64,000 nt of DNA, taken from the NCBI RefSeq assembly GCF_009914755.1, contig NC_060925.1; one strand, written 5' to 3'. Origin of the DNA: the human T2T-CHM13v2.0 reference genome, Homo sapiens. The notes beneath the pieces were generated by a model that had not been told where the DNA came from, searched no databases, and worked only from the letters and a program-made list of their open reading frames with translations. The position numbers and the translations under genes are program-made. This document shows, piece after piece, positions 58,776 to 64,000 of this stretch; position 1 is the first letter of the stretch; every line of letters starts with the position of its first letter.

Positions 58776-60325
58776 TGAATTTAAATGAAAGATTCCCTAG
58801 GTCTGGTCTTAGCTATGAAGCTATGGTTTTAACATCGTAAGCAAAGAATCTGGCTTTCAATTAGCAAAAAATAGAATTGTGCTGTAAATGTAGCAGCATT
58901 AAAAAATAGAGTACCTATTTCTGTAACACTTACTCTCTAGTAAGGACTTAGGGATAAAGATAATAAATAAAGGGCTAATAAGCAAGAGACATAATTCAGA
59001 ACTTTGATGATAGAATAGGAAATTGGGCAAATGAAAAGCCTCCTAAAAGAAAAGGGCTAGGACTATAATTTAGAAAAGGAGATACTAAAGAAAGATATAT
59101 GGAAAAGTTTATAAACAAAGGTATTCACTAGATATTTTTTACAGTAGTAAAAATTTGGAAATTATAAAAAGACATTAGTTAATTATATCCATAAAATGAA
59201 ATACTGTGCAGCCATTAAAAATCAAGCTTAAAAGGAATATCTGAAACCATGGGAAAGAGCTTACATTATAATAAATGAAAAGATACTTTTCCCAAAAAAT
59301 CCATAGAATATGATCCCAAGTTTTGATTTTTCTTTTAGAAAAGCATGTATGTATAGATAGGTATGTTTTAAAAAAAAATACATCAAAATGTTGAGTGTTT
59401 AGGTAGTGGAATTACAGGTGTTTTCATTATTACTTTTCTGCATTTTAAGTTTTTTTTTTCCTGTAGTGAATGTATTTATTAATACCTTATTACTAGTAAA
59501 ATATTAAGGATTCTTTTTTTAAAGAGAGAGCTCCAATATTGAAGCTCAGAAAGATGTACAGGATAAGGATTATTTATATAATGTGATATACTGAACATGT
59601 TATTTGATAGCTTTTTCACTGAAAAATGTGTACTGAGGAGCTTTCCACATTGTGTTCTTGGATATATCTCATTCTTTTCAGCCATTACTAATGTTCCATA
59701 AAATGGGTATATCATAATTTACCCATTCTGTTAATGGACATCTAGGGTATTCCCAATTTTTTTCTATTACAAACAATGCTGCAGTGATCTTTTAAGGTAT
59801 ACTTTAATGCACATTGCCTATATTTTTCCATACTAAATAGAGGAGGATGTTTTGTTCTATAGATAAAGAAGATTGAGCTAAAGTTCCCTTTCTTCATAAG
59901 GCTCTGCTTTTTAGGAGTTTTGCCTTTTGCCCCAGAAGTAGCTTTGAGAGTTCTTCATGTCTACCGTGGCTACCCCATAGGAGATATGTATGATTTCTCT
60001 CATGCATCAAAGCCAGTGTTTTGGCAATTTTTGCAGCTTTCATGTCTTCTTAAAGTATCAGTTGGGCTTTTTTTTTTTTTTTAAGCATTTGGTTTTATAA
60101 CGTAGGTTTCACAAGAATAAAGACTTTAAAGATTTTTCTCTAGAAAAAGCCACATTTTGTTTTATGAGTAGCTGTTAATGACTAGTCCCTACTTTAATGA
60201 AGCCATACAAAGTGTACCTCTTGCAGATTTAGGATCTCTCCTGTTCTTTCAGGTTATTCATGTGGCCCCACTAGGTCCCGGGTATGTGATAAGTAATCAA
60301 TGCAGAAGTTGTTAACTTAGGTTAG

Positions 60326-60625
<300 letters not shown>

Positions 60626-60728
60626 TGACAAGAACCTAATAGCGTTAGAGATTCATGGGGTGATTTTGCTGAGCTCTTTTGCCTGCAAGGACAGTGGGTG
60701 ATTCTCTGAAGCTTTAAGAAAATGGCTT

Positions 60729-61025
<297 letters not shown>

Positions 61026-61278
61026 AAATGGCTCTTCTTGTTCCAGAGGTACCCTCAGTGAATTGAACAGAGTGCCACCTTTACACAGTGCCACTAAGTA
61101 TGTCACCTGGTTATCCAATCCACTACCATGTACTACTGCCCACCCCTATGGCTAATCAATTAGTAAGCTATTATGAGAAGGCTGAGAGTACTACCCATTT
61201 AATTATTCCTTTTATTTTGGAAACTTGCCTTTCATTAATAAGCTTTCTCTGGGTTGCTATGTAATACCCATCCAGTAA

Positions 61279-61509
<231 letters not shown>

Positions 61510-62313
61510 TAGCTCCCCAGCCATGGGCTTATACTATGCTGAGAAATCTGACATGGTTTTATGCTTTTGAAATACGGAATTCTCAACTCCATATTTACTT
61601 AGCAGATTCAGGAAGGGTTCAGTCTGCAAAAGCCAAGCATTTCTGGTGCTTTGGAGCATGTTACAGTTTTTAAAAATATGGATACCAAGCACCCTGCCCA
61701 TCTGTATTGGGTATTGCTACTGTGAAAGAGGTTACAGACATCTAGACTTGGGGCCATAAGAAAGTCTTTCTGCATATTTCTTCTAGTAATAAAGTCAGCA
61801 GAGTGATGGGCCTCTAGAGAGGGGAGACATGCCTGAATATTTTTTCTCTTTTTGTTTCTTGGGTGAATTGGTTACCTTTTCAGGTGTGTGCTACTGTGAT
61901 TGATTAGAAAGGTTATAGGAACTTGCCAGTGAATATTGATCAGCTTGGAAATCCCTAGGCAACTAGTGGTTTGTGTAAGACCTATATAAAGACCTACAGT
62001 ATCCCCAGTTATTCCAAGATTGTAAGCATATTTTTTTAGTACCAGAGGTAGACCTTTATGATTAAAATTCATTTTGCTTGGCCATTGTCCCTTGTGATTA
62101 AAAAAATATATATACACATTTGTGAGATAGCTGATTAGGTAAAGGGGGAATTATGTAATGCACGTCTATGTCTGTAACAGTAAATGTCTTAACTCCAGTG
62201 GTATGAGCCCACCACAAACATTATAGACTCACCGCTTTTATGAGGCATAGGCCTCTGGGAACATTTGTTTATACAGACTGAGGGCCTTCTGGCATCTGTC
62301 CCTCGATTACTAA

Positions 62314-62655
<342 letters not shown>

Positions 62656-62913
62656 TGATAGAAATGAAAATTCGTATTTTGGTCCTGAGTTATTTTACCC
62701 TCTTACTAGCCTTGTAGGACAGTTAAGTAAAATGGGACCTGTCTGATCTGTTTGGCCTAAGAAACATGGACAAGGAAATCTCCCATGTTTTCTTGTCCTG
62801 TGGATAATACCCTCAGTGTAGACTGTATTTCTTATCTGACTGGCCAGTTCCCTCTCATCTCCTATGTCTCTGAAATTGATTTCCCTGAAGCAAATGTCCT
62901 TATTTTCTCCTAG

Positions 62914-63081
<168 letters not shown>

Positions 63082-63127
63082 TAGAACCCCATCTTTCTTT
63101 TCTGGGCATTCTGCCACCACTCATATT

Positions 63128-63129
<2 letters not shown>

Positions 63130-63158
<29 letters not shown>

Positions 63159-63975
63159 GAGACAGTCTCGCTCTGTCGCCCAGGCTGGAGTGCAGTGGCA
63201 CAATCTTGGCTCACTGCAACCTCCACCTCCTAGGTTCAAGCAATTCTCCTGCTCCTGCCTCAGCCGTCCGAATATTACACACATGCACCACCATACCCAG
63301 TGAATTCTTTGTGTGTGTGTTTTTAGTAGAGAGAGGGTTTCACCATGTTGGCCAGGCTGGTCTTGAACTCCTGACCTCAAGTGATCCACCCACTTCGGCC
63401 TCCCACAGTGCTGGGATTACAGGTGTGAGCCACTGCTCCTGACACATATTTCTTTTTTTTCCTGATTTGCTCCATTGATTTTTGTTTGACATTTCAAATG
63501 GCTCTCTGTATTCCCTTTTCCCTGTCTTTCTTTATTGCTAACGCACATATGTGAATAGCTGCCATCTTGAAATCCCCAAAAGACAGTCAACACAGGTAGA
63601 CTATATATTTCTGGTCTCTGTTTACAAGAGATCCCTTCTCTACCACAGACTTCACACAGCTAAGTGCTGCTAGTGGCTTATTTTCCTTTATAAGCCCAAG
63701 CCTTGGCCAGGCACAGTGGCTCACACCTATAATCCCAGCACTTTAGGAGGCTGAGGCGAGCAGATCACCGGAGGTCAGGAGTTCAAGACCAGCCTGGCAA
63801 ACATGGTGAAACACTGTCTCTACTATAAATACAAAAAATAGCTGGATGTGGTTGTGGGTGCCTGTAATCCCAGCTACTCGGGAGGCTAAGGCAGGAGAAT
63901 CGCTTGAACCAAGGAGGCAGATCACGCCATTGCACTTCAGCCTGGGCGACGAGCGAAATTGTCTCAGAAAAATAA
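63130..63975. mobile_element. Antisense Alu (~63130-63440) and sense Alu (~63705-63975)
   Basis: Alu consensus. Confidence 0.9.
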
Positions 63976-64000
63976 AAATAAAAAACCCAACCTTCTAACC

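Overview
Primate, almost certainly human, genomic DNA (Alu-dense, CpG-depleted) holding two tandem + strand genes. The first is the 3' end of NAV1 (neuron navigator 1): its last 12 coding exons (182-11700, ending ...DPNLQATL*, including the AAA+ domain) and a ~7 kb 3'UTR with several poly(A) signals. About 2.2 kb after the distal NAV1 poly(A) signal lies the CpG-island promoter of IPO9 (importin-9), followed by its coding exons 1-19 (ATG 20979); the gene continues past the window. I traced every splice junction by hand and the frames close. Embedded features are two mirtrons (MIR1231 = NAV1 intron 375-466; MIR6739 at the 3' end of IPO9 intron 13), a U12-type AT-AC intron (IPO9 intron 8), and many Alu, L1, ERVL, hAT and Tigger relics. 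No new protein-coding system is evident, and most listed ORFs are Alu or low-complexity artefacts. The most interesting unexplained structures are: a 150-bp, 96%-identical inverted duplication in IPO9 intron 14; extra perfect U11-binding motifs around the minor intron; an orphan CpG cluster in IPO9 intron 1 with splice signals on both strands; an inverted Alu pair bracketing the in-frame acidic-loop exon 11; and alternative-polyadenylation and RNA-structure elements in the NAV1 3'UTR. Gene, miRNA and repeat-family names come from recognition, not from a database search, and repeat boundaries are approximate.
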